Assembly (NCBI GenBank): GCA_964016885.1
Contig: OZ024740.1
Span: forward strand, 176,266,001 to 176,330,000
Length of the DNA: 64,000 bases
Direction of reading: 5' to 3'
From: Eledone cirrhosa
Taxonomy: Eukaryota
The position numbers and the translations under genes are program-made. Below are positions 24,831 through 39,800 of this stretch, piece after piece. Within the stretch, counting starts at the first letter, position 1. Every line of letters begins with the position of its first letter. The notes under the pieces were generated by a model. It was not told where the DNA came from. It ran no database searches and was given only the letters and a program-made list of their open reading frames with translations.

Positions 24831-27800
24831 GCTATCCCCCTCTTTTAGTCTGTCTGTTTCTTTCACTCTCACTCTTTCTCTTTATAACTCACTTACATTA
24901 ATACTAAAGGGTTAAGGTATTGTTCTCAAAATAAATAATATTAAATCTGAGATTTTTATGTTATGTGAGATAAAGCCTTTACCATGAAAATAATATAGTA
25001 TATATAGAGTAATGTAAATGCTAAAGGGTTAATTCCATCAGACCATGTGAGAAAGTTTATAATCACTCACGCACACATACACACTCACGCATGCAAACGC
25101 ACAAAATCTCACACACAGACACGCGCACGTACACACACACACACGCAATAGTTATTCCACTGTCATGTAACTTTGACGCATACAACTCTCAAAAGACGGC
25201 GTCTGTCATCATATCTCTCCCGCCCTATCCCCCTGTTTTAGTCTGTCTGTTTCTTTCACTCTCACTCTTTCTCTCTGTAACTCGTTCACATTTCTCCCCT
25301 CTATCGAAAAACGCTGTTACGAATGGGGAGAAGGAGGAGCCACTTCTTTACTTCGCCTCTCCATTTCTTTCTCTCGCCTCTCACCCCCTCATTATGTACA
25401 GACATTGGTCACTTCACTAATTCGATCCCTAGCTCAGAATAATTTGAATTTTTTTGCTCAAAACACTTCCGGGGCCATACGGGCTACATGTGTAAAGTTT
25501 GCAAAAAAATAACGGTTGGGTACTTCTCGAGTTTTAGGGAAACAGACACACAGACAGACATCCTCTGTTTTATATAGCATAGGCACCCGGCGTTGCCCGG
25601 GAATGACATTTTATTTTAAAGCCCATCTTTGAATGTTGTTTTTGAACGTGAATTAGACGTTTAAAAAATATATATTAAACCGTCTACAAATGTAATGCAC
25701 AAACATGTGTGCAGAAATAGACGAAGATGCACAGAAACACACAAATAGCCGCAACGGAGATATTTATACACATATGCATAAACCAGCCAAACTACCTAAT
25801 TTGTAGCATTCTATTTCAATCATGATGATATATAGAGCATCTCTATGACTATAGTTTGTTATTGAATACATACAAAAGCTGATGATAAAATATGATGATA
25901 TGTAGCGCACCAAAATCATGATGACATGTAGTGCACCTCTAGGAGATGTGTTTTCAGCAATCACTATGATATACTTAAGAAATATTATTCAAAATCTACA
26001 ATCAGTTATTTCCTTCATGCATAATATTACGACACCACTATTAGAAATCAGATTTCATATACATGAAATACACATAACCATTTACGTTACATAAGATACT
26101 GAAGGTGAGACGTTATGTTTTGGATGGCAGTATCGGAAGAGGGTCGGACGCCATGCTTTGTAGCATAGTTACGTCCCTTTACAGTCTGAGATCAAACCCG
26201 CCGAGGTTAACTTTGCCTTTCATCCATACGGGATCGATAAAATAAAGTACCAGTAATGTACTGGATAATTGCTGGCCTTGTGCCTAAAGTAGAAATATTT
26301 ATGTTTAACTCCCAGTTAGGCTTAACTAAGTCTGGCACGTATTACTGGTTTTCTTGATATTATCTATGAAAGTTTACAAGCGCATTATATGTTCTAATAT
26401 ATATAATCCTTTTTTCTTTTTTGTTTACAGAACCTAACGAGGTACCACGAAAAGATTCCCATACAACAGGTGATATGATGAAACATCTTTTATTGTATTA
26501 TATATACATCTTTATATACATAACTCTTTTACATGATATATATGGAAGATGGGAATTAGGTGGCAGAAGGTAGCGTTCAATTTCTAGATCAGTATATATA
26601 TATATGTTATGTAACAACAAGAACGTATTTGGAAGAAGTGTGTTTTCTGTATCAATGTAACAACTATGTTTGATGAATTTATATTATTTCAAAGATCAAT
26701 TTTGAAATCTCTTTTTGAACGTAAACTTGACGTTTCTATATTATTTAACTTTCAACAAGTGTAATGCAAAAATATGTGTGTTAGAAGTTACACAGAAACA
26801 CACAAACACCCGCCTCACATATATGTTACACACAGTCACAAATTTCAAGCACACACGAATAAACACACCAAACTGCCCATTTTGTATGTTTTATTAAAAA
26901 CGTTATGATATATAGAAGAATTTTGTGACTAACAGTTGGTAGAGAATACATACAAAAGCTGATATCTTTAGCGTCTCTGAAATCAAACGGCAGAATTAAA
27001 TTAATTTTCCGAATTCAATTAATCAAGGAAAGTAAGTTCAGCCGATCAGAACGGACACAAATACCCTAGTCAACATAAACTGAAGTGTGGCTAAAAGATG
27101 GGTTTTCAGCAATCACTATCATATATAAAATAAATATTATTTAAAATATACTTGCGCTCAATCAGTTATTTCATACATACCCCATAGTAGGAAACCACTG
27201 TTTGAAATCAGATTTCATAAACATGAAATATACAGAACCATTTACGTCACATTAGATACTGAAGGTGAGAGGTTATGTTTAACTCTCAGAGAGGTTTAAC
27301 TAATTTTGGAACGTATTTCTGTTCTTTTTTAAATGTTACGTATAATCGATTCCAAACGCAATATATTTTCTATAATATATATTTCTTTATTCTTTTCTAT
27401 TAACAGTATATGACAACACACCACGAAGCTATTATTATACCACAGGTGATATGATGGAAAATGTTATATTTTATTATATATACTTCTTTAAATACATAAC
27501 TCTTTACATAATATATATGGAACAATTCGAATACAAAATAGAAAGTAGGGTTCAATAACTCCATGAGTATATATGTTTTATACAAACAAGAATGTATTTG
27601 GGAGTCGTGTGTTTCCTCTACGATTATAGCATCCTCATTTTATAAATTTATTTTATTTTAACGCCCACTTTTGAATCTTGATTTTGAACGTGAATTAGAC
27701 GTTTAAAAGGAATATTAAACCGTCTACAAATTTAATGAGTGCAGAAATATACGAAGATGCACAGAAACTCACAATTGGCCGCAACGGAGATATTTATACA

Positions 27801-30800
27801 AATATGCATAAACCAGCCAAACTACATTATTTGTAGCAATGTATTTCAATCATGATGATATATAGAGCAGCTCTAAGACTATAGTTTGTTATTGAATACA
27901 TACAAAAGCTGATGATAAAATATAATGATATGTAGCGCACCCCAATCATGAATACATGTAGTGCACCTCTAGGAGATGTGTTTTCAGCAATCACTATGAT
28001 ATACTTAAGAAATATTATTCAAAATCTACAACCAGTTATTTTATTCATACACCATATTAGGAAACCACTGTTAGAAATCATATTTCATATACATGAAATA
28101 CACATAACCATTTACGTTACATAAGATACTGAAGGTGAGACGTTATGTTTAACTCCCAGTTAGGCTTAAATAAGTCTGGCACCTATTACTGATTTTCTTG
28201 ATATTATCTATGAAAGTTTACAAGCGCATTATATGTTCTAATATATATATTTCTTTGTTCTTTTTTGTTTACAGAACCTAGCGAAGTACCAGGAAAAGAT
28301 TCCCATACAACAGGTGATATTATGAAACATCTTTTACTGTATTATATATACTTCTTTATATACATAACTCTTTTACATGATATATATGGAAAATGGGAAT
28401 TAGGGAGCAGAAGGTAGCGTTCAATTTCTAGATGAGTATATATATATATGTTATGTAACAACAAGAACGTATTGGGAAGAAGTGTGTTTTCTGTATCAAT
28501 GTAAGAACCATGCTTGATGAATTTATATTATTTTAAAGATCAATTTTGAAACCTCTATTTGATCGTAAAATTGACGTTTCTATATTATTTAACTTTAAAC
28601 AAATGTAATGCAAAAATATGTGTGTTAGAAGTTACACAGAAACACACAAACACCCGCCTCACATATACGCTACACACAGTCACAAATTTCAAGCTAAAGT
28701 GTGGCTAAAAGATGGGTTTTTAGTATATCATGTATATGAAATCAGATTTCATATACATGAAATACACATAACCATTTACGTTACATAAGATACTGAAGGT
28801 GAGACGCTATGTTTAACTCCCAGTTAGGCTTAAATATGTCTGGCACCTATTACTGATTTTCTTGATATTATCTATGAAAGTTTACAAGCGCATTATATGT
28901 TCTAATATATATATTTCTTTGTTCTTTTTTGTTTACAGAACCTAGCGAAGTACCAGGAAAAGATTCCCATACAACAGGTGATATGATGAAACATCTTTTA
29001 CTGTATTATATATACTTCTTTATATACATAACTCTTTTACATGATATATATGGAAAATGGGAATTAGGGAGCAGAAGGTAGCGTTCAATTTCTAGATGAG
29101 TATATATATATATATATATATATGCTATGTAACAACAAGAACGTATTTGGGAGAAGTGTGTTTTCTGTATCAATGTAAGAACCATGCTTGATGAATTTAT
29201 ATTATTTTAAAGATCAATTTTGAAACCTCTATTTGATCGTAAAATTGACGTTTCTATATTATTTAACTTTAAACAAATGTAATGCAAAAATATGTGTGTT
29301 AGAAGTTACACAGAAACACACAAACACCCGCCTCACATATATGCTACACACAGTCACAAATTTCAAGCTAAAGTGTGGCTAAAAGATGGGTTTTTAGTAT
29401 ATCATGTATATGAAATCAGATTTCATATACATGAAATACACATAACCATTTACGATACATAAGATACTGAAGGTGAGACGCTATGTTTAACTCCCAGTTA
29501 GGCTTAAATATGTCTGGCACCTATTACTGATTTTCTTGATATTATCTATGAAAGTTTACAAGCGCATTATATGTTCTAATATATATATTTCTTTGTTCTT
29601 TTTTGTTTACAGAACCTAACGAGGTACCACGAAAAGATTCCCATACAACAGGTGATATGATGAAACATGTTTTATTGTATTATATATACTTCTTTATATA
29701 CATAACTCTTTTACATGATATATATGGAAGATGGGAATTAGGTGGTAGAAGGTAGCGTTCAATTTCTAGATGAGTATATGTATATATATGTTATGTAACA
29801 ACAAGAACGTATTTGGAAGAAGTGTGTTTTCTGTATCAATGTAACAACCATGCTTGATGAATTTATATTATTTTAAAGATGAATTTTGAAACCTCTTTTT
29901 GAACGTAAATTTGACGTTTCTATATTATTTAACTTTAAACAAATGTAATGCAAAAACATGCGTGTAGGAAGTTACACAGAAACACACAAACACCCGCCTC
30001 ACATATATGTTACACACAGTCACACATTTCAAGCACACACGAATAAACACACCAAACTGCCCATTTTGTATGTTTTATTAAAAACATTATGATATATAGA
30101 AGAATTTTGTGACTAACAGTTGGTAGAGAATACATACAAAAGCTGATATCTTTAGCGTCTCTGAAATCAAACGGCAGAGTTAAATTAATTTTCCGAATTC
30201 AATTAATCAAGGAAAGTAAGTTCAGCCGATCAGAACGGACACAAATACCCTAGTCAACATAAACTGAAGTGTGGCTAAAAGATGGGTTTTCAGCAATCAC
30301 TATCATATATAAAATAAATATTATTTAAAATATACTTGCGCTCAATCAGTTATTTCATACATACCCCATAGTAGGAAACCACTGTTTGAAATCAGATTTC
30401 ATAAACATGAAATATACAGAACCATTTACGTCACATTAGATACTGAAGGTGAGAGGTTATGTTTAACTCTCAGAGAGGTTTAACTAATTTTGGAACGTAT
30501 TTCTGTTCTTTTTTAAATGTTACGTATAATCGATTCCAAACGCAATATATTTTCTATAATATATATTTCTTTATTCTTTTCTATTAACAGTATATGACAA
30601 CACACCAGGAAGCTATTATTATACCACAGGTGATATGATGGAAAATGTTATATTTTATTATATATACTTCTTTAAATACATAACTCTTTACATAATATAT
30701 ATGGAACAATTCGAATACAAAATAGAAAGTAGGGTTCAATAACTCCATGAGTATATATGTTTTATACAAACAAGAATGTATTTGGGAGTCGTGTGTTTCC

Positions 30801-33800
30801 TCTACGATTATAGCATCCTCATTTTATAAATTTATTTTATTTTAACGCCTACTTTTGAATGTTGTTTTTGAACGTGAATTAGACGTTTAAAAGGAATATT
30901 AAACCGTCTACAAATTTAATGAGTGCAGAAATATACGAAGATGCACAGAAACTCACAATTGGCCGCAACGGAGATATTTATACAAATATGCATAAACCAG
31001 CCAAACTACATTATTTGTAGCAATGTATTTCAATCATGATGATATATAGAGCAGCTCTAAGACTATAGTTTGTTATTGAATACATACAAAAGCTGATGAT
31101 AAAATATGATGATATGTAGCGCACCCCAATCATGAATACATGTAGTGCACCTCTAGGAGATGTGTTTTCAGCAATCACTATGATATACTTAAGAAATATT
31201 ATTCAAAATCTACAACCAGTTATTTTATTCATACACCATATTAGGAAACCACTGTTAGAAATCATATTTCATATACATGAAATACACATAACAATTTACG
31301 TTACATAAGATACTGAAGGTGAGACGTTATGTTTAACTCCCAGTTAGGCTTAAATAAGTCTGGCACGTATTACTGATTTTCTTGATATTATCTATGAAAG
31401 TTTACAAGCGCATTATATGTTCTAATATATATATTTCTTTGTTCTTTTTTGTTTACAGAACCTAGCGAAGTACCAGGAAAAGATTCCCATACAACAGGTG
31501 ATATGATGAAACATCTTTTATTGTATTATATATACTTCTTTATATACATAACTCTTTTACATGATATATATGGAAAATGGGAATTAGGGAGCAGAAGGTA
31601 GCGTTCAATTTCTAGATGAGTATATATATATATGTTATGTAACAACAAGAACGTATTTGGAAGAAGTGTGTTTTCTGTATCAATGTAAGAACCATGCTTG
31701 ATGAATTTATATTATTTTAAAGATCAATTTTGAAACCTCTATTTGATCGTAAAATTGACGTTTCTATATTATTTAACTTTAAACAAATGTAATGCAAAAA
31801 TATGTGTGTTAGAAGTTACACAGAAACACACAAACACCCGCCTCACATATACGCTACACACAGTCACACATTTCAAGCTAAAGTGTGGCTAAAAGATGGG
31901 TTTTTAGTATATCATGTATATGAAATCAGATTTCATATACATGAAATACACATAACCATTTACGTTACATAAGATACTGAAGGTGAGACGCTATGTTTAA
32001 CTCCCAGTTAGGCTTAAATATGTCTGGCACCTATTACTGATTTTCTTGATATTATCTATGAAAGTTTACAAGCGCATTATATGTTCTAATATATATATTT
32101 CTTTGTTCTTTTTTGTTTACAGAACCTAGCGAAGTACCAGGAAAAGATTCCCATACAACAGGTGATATGATGAAACATCTTTTACTGTATTATATATACT
32201 TCTTTATATACATAACTCTTTTACATGATATATATGGAAAATGGGAATTAGGGAGCAGAAGGTAGCGTTCAATTTCTAGATGAGTATATATATATATATA
32301 TATGCTATGTAACAACAAGAACGTATTTGGGAGAAGTGTGTTTTCTGTATCAATGTAAGAACCATGCTTGATGAATTTATATTATTTTAAAGATCAATTT
32401 TGAAACCTCTATTTGATCGTAAAATTGACGTTTCTATATTATTTAACTTTAAACAAATGTAATGCAAAAATATGTGTGTTAGAAGTTACACAGAAACACA
32501 CAAACACCCGCCTCACATATATGCTACACACAGTCACAAATTTCAAGCTAAAGTGTGGCTAAAAGATGGGTTTTTAGTATATCATGTATATGAAATCAGA
32601 TTTCATATACATGAAATACACATAACCATTTACGATACATAAGATACTGAAGGTGAGACGCTATGTTTAACTCCCAGTTAGGCTTAAATATGTCTGGCAC
32701 CTATTACTGATTTTCTTGATATTATCTATGAAAGTTTACAAGCGCATTATATGTTCTAATATATATATTTCTTTGTTCTTTTTTGTTTACAGAACCTAAC
32801 GAGGTACCACGAAAAGATTCCCATACAACAGGTGATATGATGAAACATGTTTTATTGTATTATATATACTTCTTTATATACATAACTCTTTTACATGATA
32901 TATATGGAAGATGGGAATTAGGTGGTAGAAGGTAGCGTTCAATTTCTAGATGAGTATATGTATATATATGTTATGTAACAACAAGAACGTATTTGGAAGA
33001 AGTGTGTTTTCTGTATCAATGTAACAACCATGCTTGATGAATTTATATTATTTTAAAGATGAATTTTGAAACCTCTTTTTGAACGTAAATTTGACGTTTC
33101 TATATTATTTAACTTTAAACAAATGTAATGCAAAAACATGCGTGTAGGAAGTTACACAGAAACACACAAACACCCGCCTCACATATATGTTACACACAGT
33201 CACACATTTCAAGCACACACGAATAAACACACCAAACTGCCCATTTTGTATGTTTTATTAAAAACATTATGATATATAGAAGAATTTTGTGACTAACAGT
33301 TGGTAGAGAATACATACAAAAGCTGATATCTTTAGCGTCTCTGAAATCAAACGGCAGAGTTAAATTAATTTTCCGAATTCAATTAATCAAGGAAAGTAAG
33401 TTCAGCCGATCAGAACGGACACAAATACCCTAGTCAACATAAACTGAAGTGTGGCTAAAAGATGGGTTTTCAGCAATCACTATCATATATAAAATAAATA
33501 TTATTTAAAATATACTTGCGCTCAATCAGTTATTTCATACATACCCCATAGTAGGAAACCACTGTTTGAAATCAGATTTCATAAACATGAAATATACAGA
33601 ACCATTTACGTCACATTAGATACTGAAGGTGAGAGGTTATGTTTAACTCTCAGAGAGGTTTAACTAATTTTGGAACGTATTTCTGTTCTTTTTTAAATGT
33701 TACGTATAATCGATTCCAAACGCAATATATTTTCTATAATATATATTTCTTTATTCTTTTCTATTAACAGTATATGACAACACACCAGGAAGCTATTATT

Positions 33801-36800
33801 ATACCACAGGTGATATGATGGAAAATGTTATATTTTATTATATATACTTCTTTAAATACATAACTCTTTACATAATATATATGGAACAATTCGAATACAA
33901 AATAGAAAGTAGGGTTCAATAACTCCATGAGTATATATGTTTTATACAAACAAGAATGTATTTGGGAGTCGTGTGTTTCCTCTACGATTATAGCATCCTC
34001 ATTTTATAAATTTATTTTATTTTAACGCCTACTTTTGAATGTTGTTTTTGAACGTGAATTAGACGTTTAAAAGGAATATTAAACCGTCTACAAATTTAAT
34101 GAGTGCAGAAATATACGAAGATGCACAGAAACTCACAATTGGCCGCAACGGAGATATTTATACAAATATGCATAAACCAGCCAAACTACATTATTTGTAG
34201 CAATGTATTTCAATCATGATGATATATAGAGCAGCTCTAAGACTATAGTTTGTTATTGAATACATACAAAAGCTGATGATAAAATATGATGATATGTAGC
34301 GCACCCCAATCATGAATACATGTAGTGCACCTCTAGGAGATGTGTTTTCAGCAATCACTATGATATACTTAAGAAATATTATTCAAAATCTACAACCAGT
34401 TATTTTATTCATACACCATATTAGGAAACCACTGTTAGAAATCATATTTCATATACATGAAATACACATAACAATTTACGTTACATAAGATACTGAAGGT
34501 GAGACGTTATGTTTAACTCCCAGTTAGGCTTAAATAAGTCTGGCACGTATTACTGATTTTCTTGATATTATCTATGAAAGTTTACAAGCGCATTATATGT
34601 TCTAATATATATATTTCTTTGTTCTTTTTTGTTTACAGAACCTAGCGAAGTACCAGGAAAAGATTCCCATACAACAGGTGATATGATGAAACATCTTTTA
34701 TTGTATTATATATACTTCTTTATATACATAACTCTTTTACATGATATATATGGAAAATGGGAATTAGGGAGCAGAAGGTAGCGTTCAATTTCTAGATGAG
34801 TATATATATGTTATGTAACAACAAGAACGTATTTGGAAGAAGTGTGTTTTCTGTATCAATGTAAGAACCATGCTTGATGAATTTATATTATTTTAAAGAT
34901 CAATTTTGAAACCTCTATTTGATCGTAAAATTGACGTTTCTATATTATTTAACTTTAAACAAATGTAATGCAAAAATATGTGTGTTAGAAGTTACACAGA
35001 AACACACAAACACCCGCCTCACATATACGCTACACACAGTCACACATTTCAAGCTAAAGTGTGGCTAAAAGATGGGTTTTTAGTATATCATGTATATGAA
35101 ATCAGATTTCATATACATGAAATACACATAACCATTTACGTTACATAAGATACTGAAGGTGAGACGCTATGTTTAACTCCCAGTTAGGCTTAAATATGTC
35201 TGGCACCTATTACTGATTTTCTTGATATTATCTATGAAAGTTTACAAGCGCATTATATGTTCTAATATATATATTTCTTTGTTCTTTTTTGTTTACAGAA
35301 CCTAACGAGGTACCACGAAAAGATTCCCATACAACAGGTGATATGATGAAACATGTTTTATTGTATTATATATACTTTTTATATACATAACTCTTTTACA
35401 TGATATATATGGAAGATGGGAATTAGGTGGTAGAAGGTAGCGTTCAATTTCTAGATCAGTATATATATATATATGTTATGTAACAACAAGAACGTATTTG
35501 GAAGAAGTGTGTTTTCTGTATCAATGTAACAACCATGCTTGATGAATTTATATTATTTTAAAGATCAATTTTGAAACCTCTTTTTGAACGTAAATTTGAC
35601 GTTTCTATATTATTTAACTTTAAACAAATGTAATGCAAAAGCATGCGTATAGGAAGTTACACAGAAACACACAAACACCAGCCTCACATATATGTTACAC
35701 ACAGTCACACATTTCAAGCACACACGAATAAACACACCAAACTGCCCATTTTGTATGTTTTATTAAAAACATTATGATATATAGAAGAATTTTGTGACTA
35801 ACAGTTGGTAGAGAATACATACAAAAGCTGATATCTTTAGCGTCTCTGAAATCAAACGGCAGAATTAAATTAATTTTCCGAATTCAATTAATCAAGGAAA
35901 GTAAGTTCAGCCGATCAGAACGGACACAAATACCCTAGTCAACATAAACTGAAGTGTGGCTAAAAGATGGGTTTTCAGCAATCACTATCATATATAAAAT
36001 AAATATTATTTAAAATATACTTGCGCTCAATCAGTTATTTCATACATACCCCATAGTAGGAAACCACTGTTTGAAATCAGATTTCATAAACATGAAATAT
36101 ACAGAACCATTTACGTCACATTAGATACTGAAGGTGAGAGGTTATGTTTAACTCTCAGAGAGGTTTAACTAATTTTGGAACGTATTTCTGTTCTTTTTTA
36201 AATGTTACGTATAATCGATTCCAAACGCAATATATTTTCTATAATATATATTTCTTTATTCTTTTCTATTAACAGTATATGACAACACACCAGGAAGCTA
36301 TTATTATACCACAGGTGATATGATGGAAAATGTTATATTTTATTATATATACTTCTTTAAATACATAACTCTTTACATAATATATATGGAACAATTCGAA
36401 TACAAAATAGAAAGTAGGGTTCAATAACTCCATGAGTATATATGTTTTATACAAACAAGAATGTATTTGGGAGTCGTGTGTTTCCTCTACGATTATAGCA
36501 TCCTCATTTTATAAATTTATTTTATTTTAACGCCCACTTTTGAATCTTGATTTTGCACGTGAATTATACGTTTAAAAGGAATATTAAACCGTCAATAAAA
36601 TTAATGAGTGCAGAAATATACGAAGATGCACAGAAACTCACAATTGGCCGCAACGGAGATATTTATACACATATGCATAAACCAGCCAAACTACCTAATT
36701 TGTAGCAATGTATTTCAATCATGATGATATATAGAGCAGCTCTAAGACTATAGTTTGTTATTGAATACATACAAAAGCTGATGATAAAATATGATGATAT

Positions 36801-39800
36801 GTAGCGCACCACAATCATGATGACATGTAGTGCACCTCTAGGAGATGTGTTTTCAGCAATCACTATGATATACTTAAGAAATATTATTCAAAATCTACAA
36901 CCAGTTATTTTATTCATACACCATATTAGGAAACCACTGTTAGAAATCGCTATTTCATATACATGAAATACACATAACTATTTACGTTACATAAGATACT
37001 GAAGGTGAGACGTTATGTTTAACTCCCAGTTAGGCTTAAATAAGTCTGGCACGTATTACTGATTTTCTTGATATTATCTATGAAAGTTTACAAGCGCATT
37101 ATATGTTCTAATATATATATTTCTTTGTTCTTTTTTGTTTACAGAACCTAGCGAAGTACCAGGAAAAGATTCCCATACAACAGGTGATATGATGAAACAT
37201 CTTTTATTGTATTATATATACTTCTTTATATACATAACTCTTTTACATGATATATATGGAAAATGGGAATTAGGGAGCAGAAGGTAGCGTTCAATTTCTA
37301 GATGAGTATATATATATATGTTATGTAACAACAAGAACGTATTTGGAAGAAGTGTGTTTTCTGTATCAATGTAAGAACCATGCTTGATGAATTTATATTA
37401 TTTTAAAGATCAATTTTGAAACCTCTATTTGATCGTAAAATTGACGTTTCTATATTATTTAACTTTAAACAAATGTAATGCAAAAATATGTGTGTTAGAA
37501 GTTACACAGAAACACACAAACACCCGCCTCACATATATGCTACACACAGTCACAAATTTCAAGCTAAAGTGTGGCTAAAAGATGGGTTTTTAGTATATCA
37601 TGTATATGAAATCAGATTTCATATACATGAAATACACATAACCATTTACGTTACATAAGATACTGAAGGTGAGACGCTATGTTTAACTCCCAGTTAGGCT
37701 TAAATATGTCTGGCACCTATTACTGATTTTCTTGATATTATCTATGAAAGTTTACAAGCGCATTATATGTTCTAATATATATATTTCTTTGTTCTTTTTT
37801 GTTTACAGAACCTAACGAGGTACCACGAAAAGATTCCCATACAACAGGTGATATGATGAAACATCTTTTATTTTATTATATATACTTCTTTATATACATA
37901 ACTCTTTTACATGATATATATGGAAGGTGGGAATTAGGTGGTAGAAGGTAGCGTTCAATTTCTAGATCAGTATATATATATATATATGTTATGTAACAGC
38001 AAGAACGTATTTGGAAGAAGTGTGTTTTCTGTATCAATGTAAGAACCATGCTTGATGAATTTATATTATTTTAAAGATCAATTTTGAAACCTCTTTTTGA
38101 ACGTAAATTTGACGTTTCTATATTATTTAACTTTAAACAAATGTAATGCAAAAGCATGCGTGTAGGAAGTTACACAGAAACACACAAACACCCGCCTCAC
38201 ATATATGTTACACACAGTCACACATTTCAAGCACACACGAATAAACACACCAAACTGCCCATTTTGTATGTTTTATTAAAAACATTATGATATATAGAAG
38301 AATTTTGTGACTAACAGTTGGTAGAGAATACATACAAAAGCTGATATCTTTAGCGTCTCTGAAATCAAACGGCAGAGTTAATTTAATTTTCCGAATTCAA
38401 TTAATCAAGGAAAGTAAGTTCAGCCGATCAGAACGGACACAAATACCCTAGTCAACATAAACTGAAGTGTGGCTAAAAGATGGGTTTTCAGCAATCACTA
38501 TCATATATAAAATAAATATTATTTAAAATATACTTGCGCTCAATCAGTTATTTCATACATACCCCATAGTAGGAAACCACTGTTTGAAATCAGATTTCAT
38601 AAACATGAAATATACAGAACCATTTACGTCACATTAGATACTGAAGGTGAGAGGTTATGTTTAACTCTCAGAGAGGTTTAACTAATTTTGGAACGTATTT
38701 CTGTTCTTTTTTAAATGTTACGTATAATCGATTCCAAACGCAATATATTTTCTATAATATATATTTCTTTATTCTTTTCTATTAACAGTATATGACAACA
38801 CACCAGGAAGCTATTATTATACCACAGGTGATATGATGGAAAATGTTATATTTTATTATATATACTTCTTTAAATACATAACTCTTTACATAATATATAT
38901 GGAACAATTCGAATACAAAATAGAAAGTAGGGTTCAATAACTCCATGAGTATATATGTTTTATACAAACAAGAATGTATTTGGGAGTCGTGTGTTTCCTC
39001 TACGATTATAGCATCCTCATTTTATAAATTTATTTTATTTTAACGCCTACTTTTGAATGTTGTTTTTGAACGTGAATTAGACGTTTAAAAGGAATATTAA
39101 ACCGTCTACAAATTTAATGAGTGCAGAAATATACGAAGATGCACAGAAACTCACAATTGGCCGCAACGGAGATATTTATACAAATATGCATAAACCAGCC
39201 AAACTACATTATTTGTAGCAATGTATTTCAATCATGATGATATATAGAGCAGCTCTAAGACTATAGTTTGTTATTGAATACATACAAAAGCTGATGATAA
39301 AATATGATGATATGTAGCGCACCCCAATCATGAATACATGTAGTGCACCTCTAGGAGATGTGTTTTCAGCAATCACTATGATATACTTAAGAAATATTAT
39401 TCAAAATCTACAACCAGTTATTTTATTCATACACCATATTAGGAAACCACTGTTAGAAATCATATTTCATATACATGAAATACACATAACCATTTACGTT
39501 ACATAAGATACTGAAGGTGAGACGTTATGTTTAACTCCCAGTTAGGCTTAAATAAGTCTGGCACGTATTACTGATTTTCTTGATATTATCTATGAAAGTT
39601 TACAAGCGCATTATATGTTCTAATATATATATTTCTTTGTTCTTTTTTGTTTACAGAACCTAGCGAAGTACCAGGAAAAGATTCCCATACAACAGGTGAT
39701 ATTATGAAACATCTTTTACTGTATTATATATACTTCTTTATATACATAACTCTTTTACATGATATATATGGAAAATGGGAATTAGGGAGCAGAAGGTAGC

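Larger units (their letters stand above)
18451..25577 (-). mobile_element. Decayed autonomous-type Helitron (Rep/PIF1 helicase), probably composite
   Basis: The minus-strand 3' end has hairpin CCCGAGCAACGCCGGG then CTAG|T at 18451. The 5' end near 25575 (minus strand CTATATAAAACAGAGG) is fused to another Helitron 3' hairpin. RepHel fragments lie between. Confidence 0.88.

Noticed and set aside
26994-27037. Strong-looking donor GGAAA|GTAAGT in each dimer as another exon
   Set aside because: The nearest upstream AG gives 38 nt containing TAA stops, with no pyrimidine tract.
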